DNA of 64,000 bases, taken from a virus. Below the pieces are notes generated by a model that was given only the letters and a program-made list of their open reading frames with translations, ran no database searches and was not told the origin of the DNA. Made by a program: the position numbers and the translations under genes. The stretch covers positions 1 through 64,000 of the IMG/VR virus record IMGVR_UViG_3300006802_000086; one strand, 5' to 3'. Positions 50,433 through 59,227 of the stretch are shown piece by piece; the stretch's first letter is position 1, and every line of letters starts with the position of its first letter.

Positions 50433-52589
50433 ATGAGAATTTCAAGGCGACAACTCGGTCTATTGATAGAAAATTATTTACTCCAAGAAACGCGGCAAGC
50501 AAGACAATGGATACAAAATTCAGTCCCAGCTGAAGAACAGCAAGACTATTTAGATGCATACAATAGAGGGGTCACGATTTTATCAGACCTCTCTTGGATT
50601 AAAAAAGTAAGAGGCGGTGAGCCTGTTGCTGATATTGTGGGTGATGTTATAAGCTTTAGGATGGATGACAGTCAAACAAAACTGTTAGCCAACGGTTTTC
50701 CAACTGATCTAACAAAAAGAAACTATCCCACAGTTGGTGAACTGAGAAGAGCTCTAGCAGTTATTAATACAGATTTAGACATGTCAAGAAATCAAGATAT
50801 CTCTATAGAAACATCAAGCCCTAATATCGATGTTATTGGTAATATAGGCCCGTGGACAATTCTCTTGCCTAAGACAAAAGAAGGATCGACAGCTTGTGAC
50901 ATTAGCGGTAAAGATACCACTTGGTGCACTACCAAAACAAGAGGACAAAACTTATTTTATAATTATGCAAAAGATGATTTATTCTTATATTATGTAATGG
51001 ATTACAGTCGCACCCCGGATGACCCATACAAAAGCCAAGACAGAGCATGCGTAGAAAACAACGATAGTCGTCTATCAGTTGGAATTATTAGAGGTGAAAT
51101 AACCTTGGAAGGTGAAGATGGCGGTGTTTCTGTTGACGCTGCGAATAAAGGACTCTATCCCGAAGACTTAGAAAGTGCTCTAGGTCAATATCATGATCAG
51201 GTAATTAATTTAATCAAAACCAACTTTGATTCTCACCAGTCACATCCGGGTAGAGAAAAATTTAGACAAGCAGCACAAAATATTGTTATTATGCGTGATG
51301 CAGTTAGAGACTTGACGCCGCCTGCCAAGGCTGATTTTTTAGGTGAAGTATCCTATTCAACAAGCATGACACCCGAAGTTGTAGTCTATTTATTTAATTT
51401 TGCTAACGAACCAATTAGAACTAAAGACTACAATACGGATGACTGGTTTTTAGAGCATGAAAGTAAAGGCAGGATTATTGAAAATATTTTTCTTAATGAG
51501 CCTAGTGCAAGCATTCCTGTGCGACTAAGAAAGTCTTTAATAGTAGAGCTAACTAAGAAACTAGGTGAAGAAGGCTTATACGCCTACCAAGATGCACGTG
51601 GATGGTACGTCGGAACGGCAGCATCAGAACTACTAAATTCACAAAAAGAAGTTAAATCATATTTAGACCTATTGCTAGAATATTCAAATAGCCGATCTTA
51701 CGATACTACGTTTGGAGATCCTATAGAGCAAATTTTAGAATCCTATTTAAGAAAACTCGACTTAAGTGATCCTGAGGTGTATCAGATAACTTTGAGTTTT
51801 ATTCCTAACGCAAGAAGCACAAATTCAATTGTCCCTATTGTTAAAAATGAAAGTATCGAAGAGAGTGTACTAGAGGACATTCTTATAAATACGCCACTCT
51901 TGCAAAACAAAGACAAAATGAGTCATGTTGCTTACGAATTATTAAATGCTCGCGCGCTCGCCATCCAACAAGTAATGGCCGAAAGAAAATTTGGAAACGG
52001 ATTAAGCGCTGAGTTTTTACAAAAACATGCAAGAAGACTAACTAACGATTTTAAAGATAGAATGAGTTTAACAAAGTTGCTTTTTCAAGAAAATTTGCCT
52101 AAAAGCTTGTTTGACGAAATATTTGATTACGTCGATACCATTGTTAAGACACCGCGGACACCTGAACAGCAAAGAAACTACATTGTAGTACTAAAGGACA
52201 TGTTGAGGCACCCTTTCATGCCTGACGATGTAATAAATGAATATTCTAATGACCCAGAATTTCATGAACCACTATTGTCGAGGGTTTGGAGCACTAACAC
52301 AACTAACCCTGAAGTAGTTGAAAAGATTCTAGAAACTACAAAAGATCCGATCCCTCCATATTTTCATGACATACTAGCTAATAGTAACATGACAAAAAGA
52401 ACTTATGAAATATTAATAAACTTGCTTGATGAAGGGCTAGCTGATATGCAAGAACTAGGCGCAGTTGGAATGTTTGAGTTCAATCTAGATCCACCTCACA
52501 GTGCTGAAGATGTAAGAAGATGCTTTGAGCACGCTTACGCCGCTGGACTAGCTAAATTAAGAGAGAGAAGGGCAGAGTTTGAGATATAA
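50433..52589 (+). CDS. Leader-bearing protein with WCT domain and helical repeats
   Basis: MRISRRQLGLLIENYLLQE; TTWCTT..GQNLFYNY; paralog of 59228. Confidence 0.6.
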   Translation: MRISRRQLGLLIENYLLQETRQARQWIQNSVPAEEQQDYLDAYNRGVTILSDLSWIKKVRGGEPVADIVGDVISFRMDDSQTKLLANGFPTDLTKRNYPTVGELRRALAVINTDLDMSRNQDISIETSSPNIDVIGNIGPWTILLPKTKEGSTACDISGKDTTWCTTKTRGQNLFYNYAKDDLFLYYVMDYSRTPDDPYKSQDRACVENNDSRLSVGIIRGEITLEGEDGGVSVDAANKGLYPEDLESALGQYHDQVINLIKTNFDSHQSHPGREKFRQAAQNIVIMRDAVRDLTPPAKADFLGEVSYSTSMTPEVVVYLFNFANEPIRTKDYNTDDWFLEHESKGRIIENIFLNEPSASIPVRLRKSLIVELTKKLGEEGLYAYQDARGWYVGTAASELLNSQKEVKSYLDLLLEYSNSRSYDTTFGDPIEQILESYLRKLDLSDPEVYQITLSFIPNARSTNSIVPIVKNESIEESVLEDILINTPLLQNKDKMSHVAYELLNARALAIQQVMAERKFGNGLSAEFLQKHARRLTNDFKDRMSLTKLLFQENLPKSLFDEIFDYVDTIVKTPRTPEQQRNYIVVLKDMLRHPFMPDDVINEYSNDPEFHEPLLSRVWSTNTTNPEVVEKILETTKDPIPPYFHDILANSNMTKRTYEILINLLDEGLADMQELGAVGMFEFNLDPPHSAEDVRRCFEHAYAAGLAKLRERRAEFEI

Positions 52590-52621
52590 AGATCACAAGC
52601 TAAAAACAGAATAAAGTGAAA

Positions 52622-52650
52622 ATGTAATAAATACTTTTTTTGTATAGAAT
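52622..52650 (+). promoter_or_regulatory. Sigma70-like promoter
   Basis: ATGTAA-N17-TAGAAT. Confidence 0.65.
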
Positions 52651-52668
52651 ATTAAAAAAGAGGTGATC

Positions 52669-53070
52669 ATGAAAAAAGAATTACAAGACAAACTATTCGA
52701 AACTTATCCAAACATTTTTAGACAAAAAGACTTAGACAAAACACAGACAGCAATGTGCTGGGGTATCAGCTGCGGTGACGGTTGGTATACGATCTTAGAC
52801 GAACTATGCGCAAATATCCAAAACAGAATTAGAAATGTAAACAGAAACAAGCCTGAAGAGGAGCACCTTGTTTGTGAAGCAGTCCAAGTCAAAGAAAAGT
52901 TTGGCGGGTTATGCTTTTACACTTACGGTGGTGACGACTATATCGACGGCTTAATAAGCTTGGCTGAGTCAATGTCTTATCGAACATGTTCTGAGTGCGG
53001 CAACCCATCAACACTCAATGAAAAAAATAGAGGTTGGATATATACTCTTTGTGATAATTGCAAAACCTAG
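52669..53070 (+). CDS. Conserved phage hypothetical protein with Zn ribbon
   Basis: CGDGW, QVKEKFGGL.FY, CSECG, GWIYTLC. Confidence 0.7.
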   Translation: MKKELQDKLFETYPNIFRQKDLDKTQTAMCWGISCGDGWYTILDELCANIQNRIRNVNRNKPEEEHLVCEAVQVKEKFGGLCFYTYGGDDYIDGLISLAESMSYRTCSECGNPSTLNEKNRGWIYTLCDNCKT

Positions 53071-53116
53071 TAATATTTATTTTATAGCCATAGCCAACAA
53101 GGAGCGGGAGATGTAC

Positions 53117-53164
53117 ATGAAGCTGTCAAGAATTCAATTACGAAGATTGATTTTTGAAGCTTAA
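53117..53164 (+). other. Leader-only mini-ORF MKLSRIQLRRLIFEA
   Basis: Hand-translated; SD GGGAG upstream; matches the shared leader. Confidence 0.55.
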
Positions 53165-53195
53165 GCTTCAGTAGTCAATGAAGAAGAAGTAAAAA

Positions 53196-54089
53196 ATGCT
53201 AATTAAAAAATCTGAATTAAAAAAATTAATTGAAAGCTTTTTAAACGAAGAAGAGGATACACCTAAAAAACCTACAATCGTTGAAAAACCAAAAACAAAG
53301 GCCTTCAATCCTTCAACAAATCCTCAGCAGAATAAAATGTTTTACCCAGTAATGTCTGGAAATCATGAAGGAGGATTTTTAGCAGAAGTTGAAGGATCTG
53401 GCTTCTATATGTTATTAGATGAAGACGAGGTCTCAAGATGGAATAATCCAGATGCAGTAGTTAAAAAAATCGATGCAGTTAAAAGAGCCATAGAGGCTAA
53501 CGGCTTTTCCATACCTGAAGCAAAGTTAATCAAACATGTTAATGACGGAAGAGTTGTATTTGCAACAAAACTAGTAGAACCGGTATCATCTGACGAAAAA
53601 GTAATTTACAAAATATATGACGCAGTTTACGACACTATTTTAGATAGTTCAGCAACAGCACTCGGCTTTGATATTTTAAGCCCTTCACTTCAACTATTAA
53701 GCAGTGAAATCAATGCAGCGCAAGCAGCAAAAAAAATGTCCCAAGGAAGATTTTTAGATGCCGGAATTGCAGCCATCGCATCATTACCCTATTTTGTACC
53801 CGGAAAGGTATTAACCCCTCTTAAATCACTAAGTGTAACCAATCAATCTCGAGCGATGAACTTGATTTATAGTTCTCCGGCGATCCAACAAGCCTTGTGG
53901 TCAATTGTTCATTGGCTTCAAGAACACGAAATGCAAATTAGGGAAGTGCTTGAAAAGATAGTGTCTGTATGTGAGTTCACATACGGCGAATTTAAAGAAG
54001 GAGCAGGAATGGCCATTGACTATACATGGCGTCTACTTAAGGCATTTTTTAAAAGCTTGACAAATGAAGAATTTAAACTGCCTAGTTAA
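53196..54089 (+). CDS. Leader-bearing hypothetical protein with a pre-toxin-TG-like hydrophobic segment
   Basis: MLIKKSELKKLIESFLNEEE; GRFLDAGIAAIASLP. Confidence 0.55.
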   Translation: MLIKKSELKKLIESFLNEEEDTPKKPTIVEKPKTKAFNPSTNPQQNKMFYPVMSGNHEGGFLAEVEGSGFYMLLDEDEVSRWNNPDAVVKKIDAVKRAIEANGFSIPEAKLIKHVNDGRVVFATKLVEPVSSDEKVIYKIYDAVYDTILDSSATALGFDILSPSLQLLSSEINAAQAAKKMSQGRFLDAGIAAIASLPYFVPGKVLTPLKSLSVTNQSRAMNLIYSSPAIQQALWSIVHWLQEHEMQIREVLEKIVSVCEFTYGEFKEGAGMAIDYTWRLLKAFFKSLTNEEFKLPS

Positions 54090-54106
54090 TTAAACAAGAG
54101 TTAAAA

Positions 54107-55030
54107 ATGCTAATTAAAAAATCTGACTTAAAAAAAATAATTAACGTCTACTTAAGAGAACAAGCTTCTATATCCAAAGTCATGGCAAAGCAAACCACAA
54201 AGAAAAATTTACAATCTGATCTTGACCAAGGAACAGTTGAAAGTGTATTAGGACTTCTTGGTGACGCGTCAGAAGTATATGCGGCAATCACAGATGAAGC
54301 AAAAGCAGTTCAATTTTCTGAAAATTTTATTAATGCACTGTATGTTGCTTCTCCGGAAATTGTTGATTTTTTAAGTAATCCTAAGATTAGGAATGCCGTC
54401 GTCAAATTAAAATCTTTAATAAAATCGTCAACAATTGTTGTAAAGCTTGGTTCACTGACAGTACTGTCTGAAGTATTAGGGTTTTTAATGTTAGTACTTG
54501 CAGTACCTAGAATGGCATATCAAGTTTTAGATAATTTAGCATCTGTTGAAGGTCAATTAGTTAATTTAAAGAAAGCACCTGGCCGGAAAAATGAAGGAAA
54601 GCCTTTAAAACCTGAAGATCTTTCTGATAAATTTACAACAGGAGGCCTAGCAAAACTAGGAATAAAAACCAAAAATGATCTATTTCTTATTTTAGCTGCA
54701 AACATAATATCTGAAAAAGAAGGACAAAACATCGGATTTAAGATGCTCCAAGATGGGATAATTTCAAATGAATTCTGGGGTGAAATATTAAAAGCTAGAA
54801 AAAAAGTCAAAAGCCGGCCAATTGATGATATGAATGAATTGATTGAAAAAGCAGATAAATTACCAAAAGAAATAAAACACAATGCAATTGTGCTAGGTTT
54901 TGTAACAAATGTTTTAGGCGGATTATTTGCAATCCAATCTGAAAATATTCAGCAGACACTCTCTATAAAAGGATTTTCCCCTGATGATATAATTAAGTTT
55001 TCTGCGCAAGCATATGATAGCATTAAATAA
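54107..55030 (+). CDS. Leader-bearing hypothetical membrane-associated protein
   Basis: MLIKKSDLKKIINVYLREQ; hydrophobic LGSLTVLSEVLGFLMLVLAVP. Confidence 0.55.
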   Translation: MLIKKSDLKKIINVYLREQASISKVMAKQTTKKNLQSDLDQGTVESVLGLLGDASEVYAAITDEAKAVQFSENFINALYVASPEIVDFLSNPKIRNAVVKLKSLIKSSTIVVKLGSLTVLSEVLGFLMLVLAVPRMAYQVLDNLASVEGQLVNLKKAPGRKNEGKPLKPEDLSDKFTTGGLAKLGIKTKNDLFLILAANIISEKEGQNIGFKMLQDGIISNEFWGEILKARKKVKSRPIDDMNELIEKADKLPKEIKHNAIVLGFVTNVLGGLFAIQSENIQQTLSIKGFSPDDIIKFSAQAYDSIK

Positions 55031-55039
55031 AAGTTAATA

Positions 55040-55068
55040 ATGTAATCTTAAACTTCTTGTGGTATACT
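55040..55068 (+). promoter_or_regulatory. Sigma70-like promoter of dnaE
   Basis: ATGTAA-N17-TATACT with extended -10 TG. Confidence 0.7.
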
Positions 55069-55099
55069 ATAACAAAAATACTACAAGGAGTTTTAACAT

Positions 55100-58000
55100 A
55101 TGGACATTAAATTATTAACACCACCCGATCGATTTGTTGGCTTTCATGGTCATACAGGATTTTCTGTTTTTGACGGTCTAGGTTATCCATCTGATCATAT
55201 CGACTTTGTACTTGAAAACGGTATGGATGCTTGGGCACTAACTGATCACGGAAACGGCAGTGGATTAGCACATGCTTATAAACATGCACAAAAAATCCAA
55301 AAGTCTGGTCGCAAATTCCGTCAAATTTACGGTTGTGAATTCTATTTTGTTCCGTCACTTAAAGACTGGAAATCCGACTACGAACAAGCCAAAGTAGATC
55401 GAGCTGCAGCAAAACAAGCTGCACTTAAAGAAGACGAAGAAGGCGGTCATATTATTGAAAACGAAGATGAGACTAAGACTTTGGATTTAGGTAAAGACGA
55501 ATGGAAACGACGTTATCATCTGGTTGTTACTGCACAAAACCGCGAAGGTTTAGGTAATTTATTTACCCTGATTAAACGTGCCTATACAGACGGCTTTTAT
55601 AGATATCCTCGCATTGACTTTGATCTACTTAAGCAGTATGGAAAGGGTTTGACAGTATCGACAGCTTGCCTAGGTGGCATCTTTTCTAATCGAATTATGC
55701 GTGGTAACGCATTAAACCTCACAGACGAACAAATTCAAAACGAATTATTGTACTTATCTGATCGATTTGTTGATGCTGTGGGCGAAGACAATTTCTATTT
55801 AGAGGTGCAGTTTAATAGACTTAAGCAACAACATCTCGTAAATCATCATTTATTGCGTCATGCTGATAAAACAGGGCTTCAGCTTATTGCGACTCCTGAC
55901 TCTCATTATTACTCACCGGATAAATGGGAGGCAAGAGAGTTATATAAGAAACTAGGGTGGATGGGTAATGATCCATCACCACTTCCTGAATTCGAGGATC
56001 TTAAGTGTGAACTATATCCTAAAAATGCACAACAAATGTGGGATGAGTTTACTCGACACTATGATGAGTACAAAGAAACATATGAAGGTTACGAAGAGGC
56101 AATTAAAAAGTCAATTGAAATTACACATGATATTGCATGGGAAAAGTGTGAAGACTGCTGGATTGATACTTCTGTTAAACTTCCCGATTTCAATCGACCT
56201 GATCAAACAGCTTTCCAACAGCTTGCAGACAAAGTCAAGCATGCAATCGTTAAGGAAGGCCTTCATACAAAAACTGAGTATGTCGAAAGAGCTAAACACG
56301 AATTAGAAGACATTAAATTCTTAGGTTTTGAAAATTATTTTCTAGTGATGAATGAAGTATTTCATAAAGCTGCTGATCATACCTTGTTCGGAGCAGCACG
56401 CGGTTCTGGTGGTGGATCACTTGTAAATTACTTGTTAGGAATCACGCAGGTCGATCCGCTTAAATATGACTTACTTTGGGAACGTTTTCTGGGTAGACAC
56501 AGAACTTCATGGCCAGATATTGACTCCGATGCAGGTGATCGTGATGCACTAATCAATGCAGCGCGTGAGTTATACGGTGATGAGGCTGTTATTCCAGTGT
56601 CTAACTTTAACACACTTAAGCTTAAATCCTTAGTAAAAGACATTGCCAAGTTTTACGGTGTCGATTTTGGTGAAGTCAATAAAATGACAGGACCTCTCCA
56701 AGATGAAGTCATGGCACAAGCACGAGATGAAAACACAGAAAAGTCTGTGTTTGTTCTTAAACACGCAGACTGTATGGAATATTCAAAAGGTTACCGCTCT
56801 TTTATGGAAAAATATCCAAAAGTAAAGGATCATATTGAATCCCTCTTTATGCAAAACAGATCGATTGGTCGACATGCCGGTGGAGTTATTATCGGCCCAC
56901 CAGAAGACTTAGAACAATCAATGCCAATTATTGGTGTTCGCGGTGAACTACAAACACCTTGGACAGAAGGTATGAACTTTCGAAATCTTGAAGACAATGG
57001 GTTTATTAAGTTTGACTTTCTTGGACTTACACTTCTAAAAGATGTTGAAAACTGCATCCGACGAATTCTTACACGTGAGCGAGGCGAAGAACCTACGTTT
57101 CTAGAAATCCGCGATTGGTTTGACAAACATCTGAACTGTCGATATGTTGATCAGGACGACGATGCAGTTTGGAAACATGTCTATCATCAACGTCGAAAGG
57201 TAGGTGTATTTCAGTTCACTGCTGAAGGTGCACGCCGATTTTGTGAAGATGCAAAACCAACAAACATTGAAGAGCTGGCCGCACTAACAGCAATTTATCG
57301 ACCCGGGCCTCTTCGTGCCAACGTTCATAAAAAGTATGTCAAAGATAAGATGAATTCAGATGAAATTCATTATGCACACCCAATCATTCAGGAAATTCTC
57401 GGCCCAACTTTTGGACATGTAACATTCCAAGAGCAGTTCATGCTTCTCGCACAAAAGCTAGGCGGGTTTACACCAGCTGAGTCAGATAAGCTTCGAAAGA
57501 CCCTGGTAAAGAAATCCTTGGATACAATGGGTAAGAAAGGAGATGAACGTGAAGCAGCTAGAGTTAAATTTGTGACCGGTGCGAAAGAAATCAATGGCGT
57601 ACCAGAACATATCTCCCAAGAGCTATGGGAACGGATTGAATTTTTCTCAGTTTACGGCTTTAATAAATCTCACGCTATTGCCTATGCAATTGGGTCTTAT
57701 TATGCAGCGTGGCTTCACACATACTATGAAACTGATTGGTTAGGTACAATTCTTCAGTCTGAAAACAATAACCCAAATGCTTTATCAAAAGCAATTGCCG
57801 AGATTAAAGAAATGGGCTATCGCATTGAACTACCAGATGTTAATGAATCAGGTACGTATTGGCAATGGTCAGATCGAAAGCAAGCATTTATCCCACCTTT
57901 AACATCAATTAAAGGCGTAGGAAAAACTGCAGTTGTTGAAATTATGGAAAATAGACCGTATGAGTCAGTTGACGATATGTTGTTTGATAGGGAAGGGAAG

Positions 58001-58618
58001 TGGCGTCATTCTAAACTTAATAAAACTGGATTTGCATCACTGTGCAAAGTAGAAGCATTTAACGGATTACGTGAAATGTGGGACGGTACAATTGACAACC
58101 ACAATCAACTATATAATATTATTATTGAAAATTATAACACACTAAAGAAAAGTCGATGGGGTATGACAACCAGAAAAGCAAAGAAAGAAAATGCGCCTGA
58201 ATATCTTCCTCTGCTTATCGAACAAACAAAAGACACAGAAGACTGGAGTCGTATTGAAAAGTTAAATGCATATCAAGAGTTATGTTCAGCAACACGTGAT
58301 GATTTGGCATTTCCTGACGATATGATGGAAAAAATTAGAAGTGCCGGTGTAAAGTCTGTTTTAAACATGCTACCTGGAGAGAAATGTGTTGCTTGGTGCT
58401 GCATTGTTGATATGATACAAAAGAAAACTAAAAATCAAAAAGTATTTTATCGACTTAAAATTACAGATTATGAAAATAATACAGGGTGGCTTCGTATGTG
58501 GGGTGACAAACCTGAAGAAATGGAACCTTATTCTATCTGGCTTGTTGAGGCACATAATGACCCTAGTTGGGGTGCTAGCACAAGTGTAAGAAAAATCAGA
58601 CCTTTAGTTGTTGACTAA
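55100..58618 (+). CDS. dnaE: DNA polymerase III alpha subunit (family C)
   Basis: PHP domain HGHTGFS.FDG, ALTDHG, DSHY; RGSGGGSL, PDIDSD, GRHAGG, KFDFLGL, RPGP, YGFNKSHA, PDVNES. Confidence 0.96.
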   Translation: MDIKLLTPPDRFVGFHGHTGFSVFDGLGYPSDHIDFVLENGMDAWALTDHGNGSGLAHAYKHAQKIQKSGRKFRQIYGCEFYFVPSLKDWKSDYEQAKVDRAAAKQAALKEDEEGGHIIENEDETKTLDLGKDEWKRRYHLVVTAQNREGLGNLFTLIKRAYTDGFYRYPRIDFDLLKQYGKGLTVSTACLGGIFSNRIMRGNALNLTDEQIQNELLYLSDRFVDAVGEDNFYLEVQFNRLKQQHLVNHHLLRHADKTGLQLIATPDSHYYSPDKWEARELYKKLGWMGNDPSPLPEFEDLKCELYPKNAQQMWDEFTRHYDEYKETYEGYEEAIKKSIEITHDIAWEKCEDCWIDTSVKLPDFNRPDQTAFQQLADKVKHAIVKEGLHTKTEYVERAKHELEDIKFLGFENYFLVMNEVFHKAADHTLFGAARGSGGGSLVNYLLGITQVDPLKYDLLWERFLGRHRTSWPDIDSDAGDRDALINAARELYGDEAVIPVSNFNTLKLKSLVKDIAKFYGVDFGEVNKMTGPLQDEVMAQARDENTEKSVFVLKHADCMEYSKGYRSFMEKYPKVKDHIESLFMQNRSIGRHAGGVIIGPPEDLEQSMPIIGVRGELQTPWTEGMNFRNLEDNGFIKFDFLGLTLLKDVENCIRRILTRERGEEPTFLEIRDWFDKHLNCRYVDQDDDAVWKHVYHQRRKVGVFQFTAEGARRFCEDAKPTNIEELAALTAIYRPGPLRANVHKKYVKDKMNSDEIHYAHPIIQEILGPTFGHVTFQEQFMLLAQKLGGFTPAESDKLRKTLVKKSLDTMGKKGDEREAARVKFVTGAKEINGVPEHISQELWERIEFFSVYGFNKSHAIAYAIGSYYAAWLHTYYETDWLGTILQSENNNPNALSKAIAEIKEMGYRIELPDVNESGTYWQWSDRKQAFIPPLTSIKGVGKTAVVEIMENRPYESVDDMLFDREGKWRHSKLNKTGFASLCKVEAFNGLREMWDGTIDNHNQLYNIIIENYNTLKKSRWGMTTRKAKKENAPEYLPLLIEQTKDTEDWSRIEKLNAYQELCSATRDDLAFPDDMMEKIRSAGVKSVLNMLPGEKCVAWCCIVDMIQKKTKNQKVFYRLKITDYENNTGWLRMWGDKPEEMEPYSIWLVEAHNDPSWGASTSVRKIRPLVVD

Positions 58619-58654
58619 ATACATATATATGCATGCATTACTTATGAGGTGTCT

Positions 58655-59200
58655 ATGAAGATTACAAGAATGGAATTAAGAAGACTAATTCAAGAGTCTT
58701 TAAGCATGAACGAAAGTTTGTCACTAATCATTAGCGGCGTTTTGGCTGCCCCTGTGCTTTTAGAAGGGCTAGCCCACATAATAGAAAAAGCAGGGAAAAA
58801 GTTTGGAAGAGAAAAGGCCGAGCTCAAAGCAGAAAATCTCGAGCACTTTGCTCATAAAGTACACGGTGTGTATGAAGCACCGATTAAATTTTTAATTAAA
58901 AAGTCAGCAAAAGCTGCAAAAAAAGAGATATCAGAAGAAAAAGTACAAAAATATACTGATATTATTTTTGGTATTATTATTGCATGCTTAATGGCTAGCG
59001 CAGGTTTATCAATACTAGAACACGCTAAACACTTAGGACCGCATGCTGAACTAGTAACTACAGGAATGTTAGCTCTAGAATCTGCTGATATTGTTGTCGA
59101 AGGAGTTGAATTATCACAAATTATTTCTCGTCTCAAAAATCCGGCGAGTCATGAAAAATTAGCAGCAGCTATTGAAGAGCATTCAAAATCACATCATTAA
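58655..59200 (+). CDS. Leader-bearing membrane protein
   Basis: MKITRMELRRLIQESLSMNE; hydrophobic helices; His-rich; SD GAGGTG. Confidence 0.6.
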   Translation: MKITRMELRRLIQESLSMNESLSLIISGVLAAPVLLEGLAHIIEKAGKKFGREKAELKAENLEHFAHKVHGVYEAPIKFLIKKSAKAAKKEISEEKVQKYTDIIFGIIIACLMASAGLSILEHAKHLGPHAELVTTGMLALESADIVVEGVELSQIISRLKNPASHEKLAAAIEEHSKSHH

Positions 59201-59227
59201 AGCTTTGAAAGCAATAAGAGACCGGCG

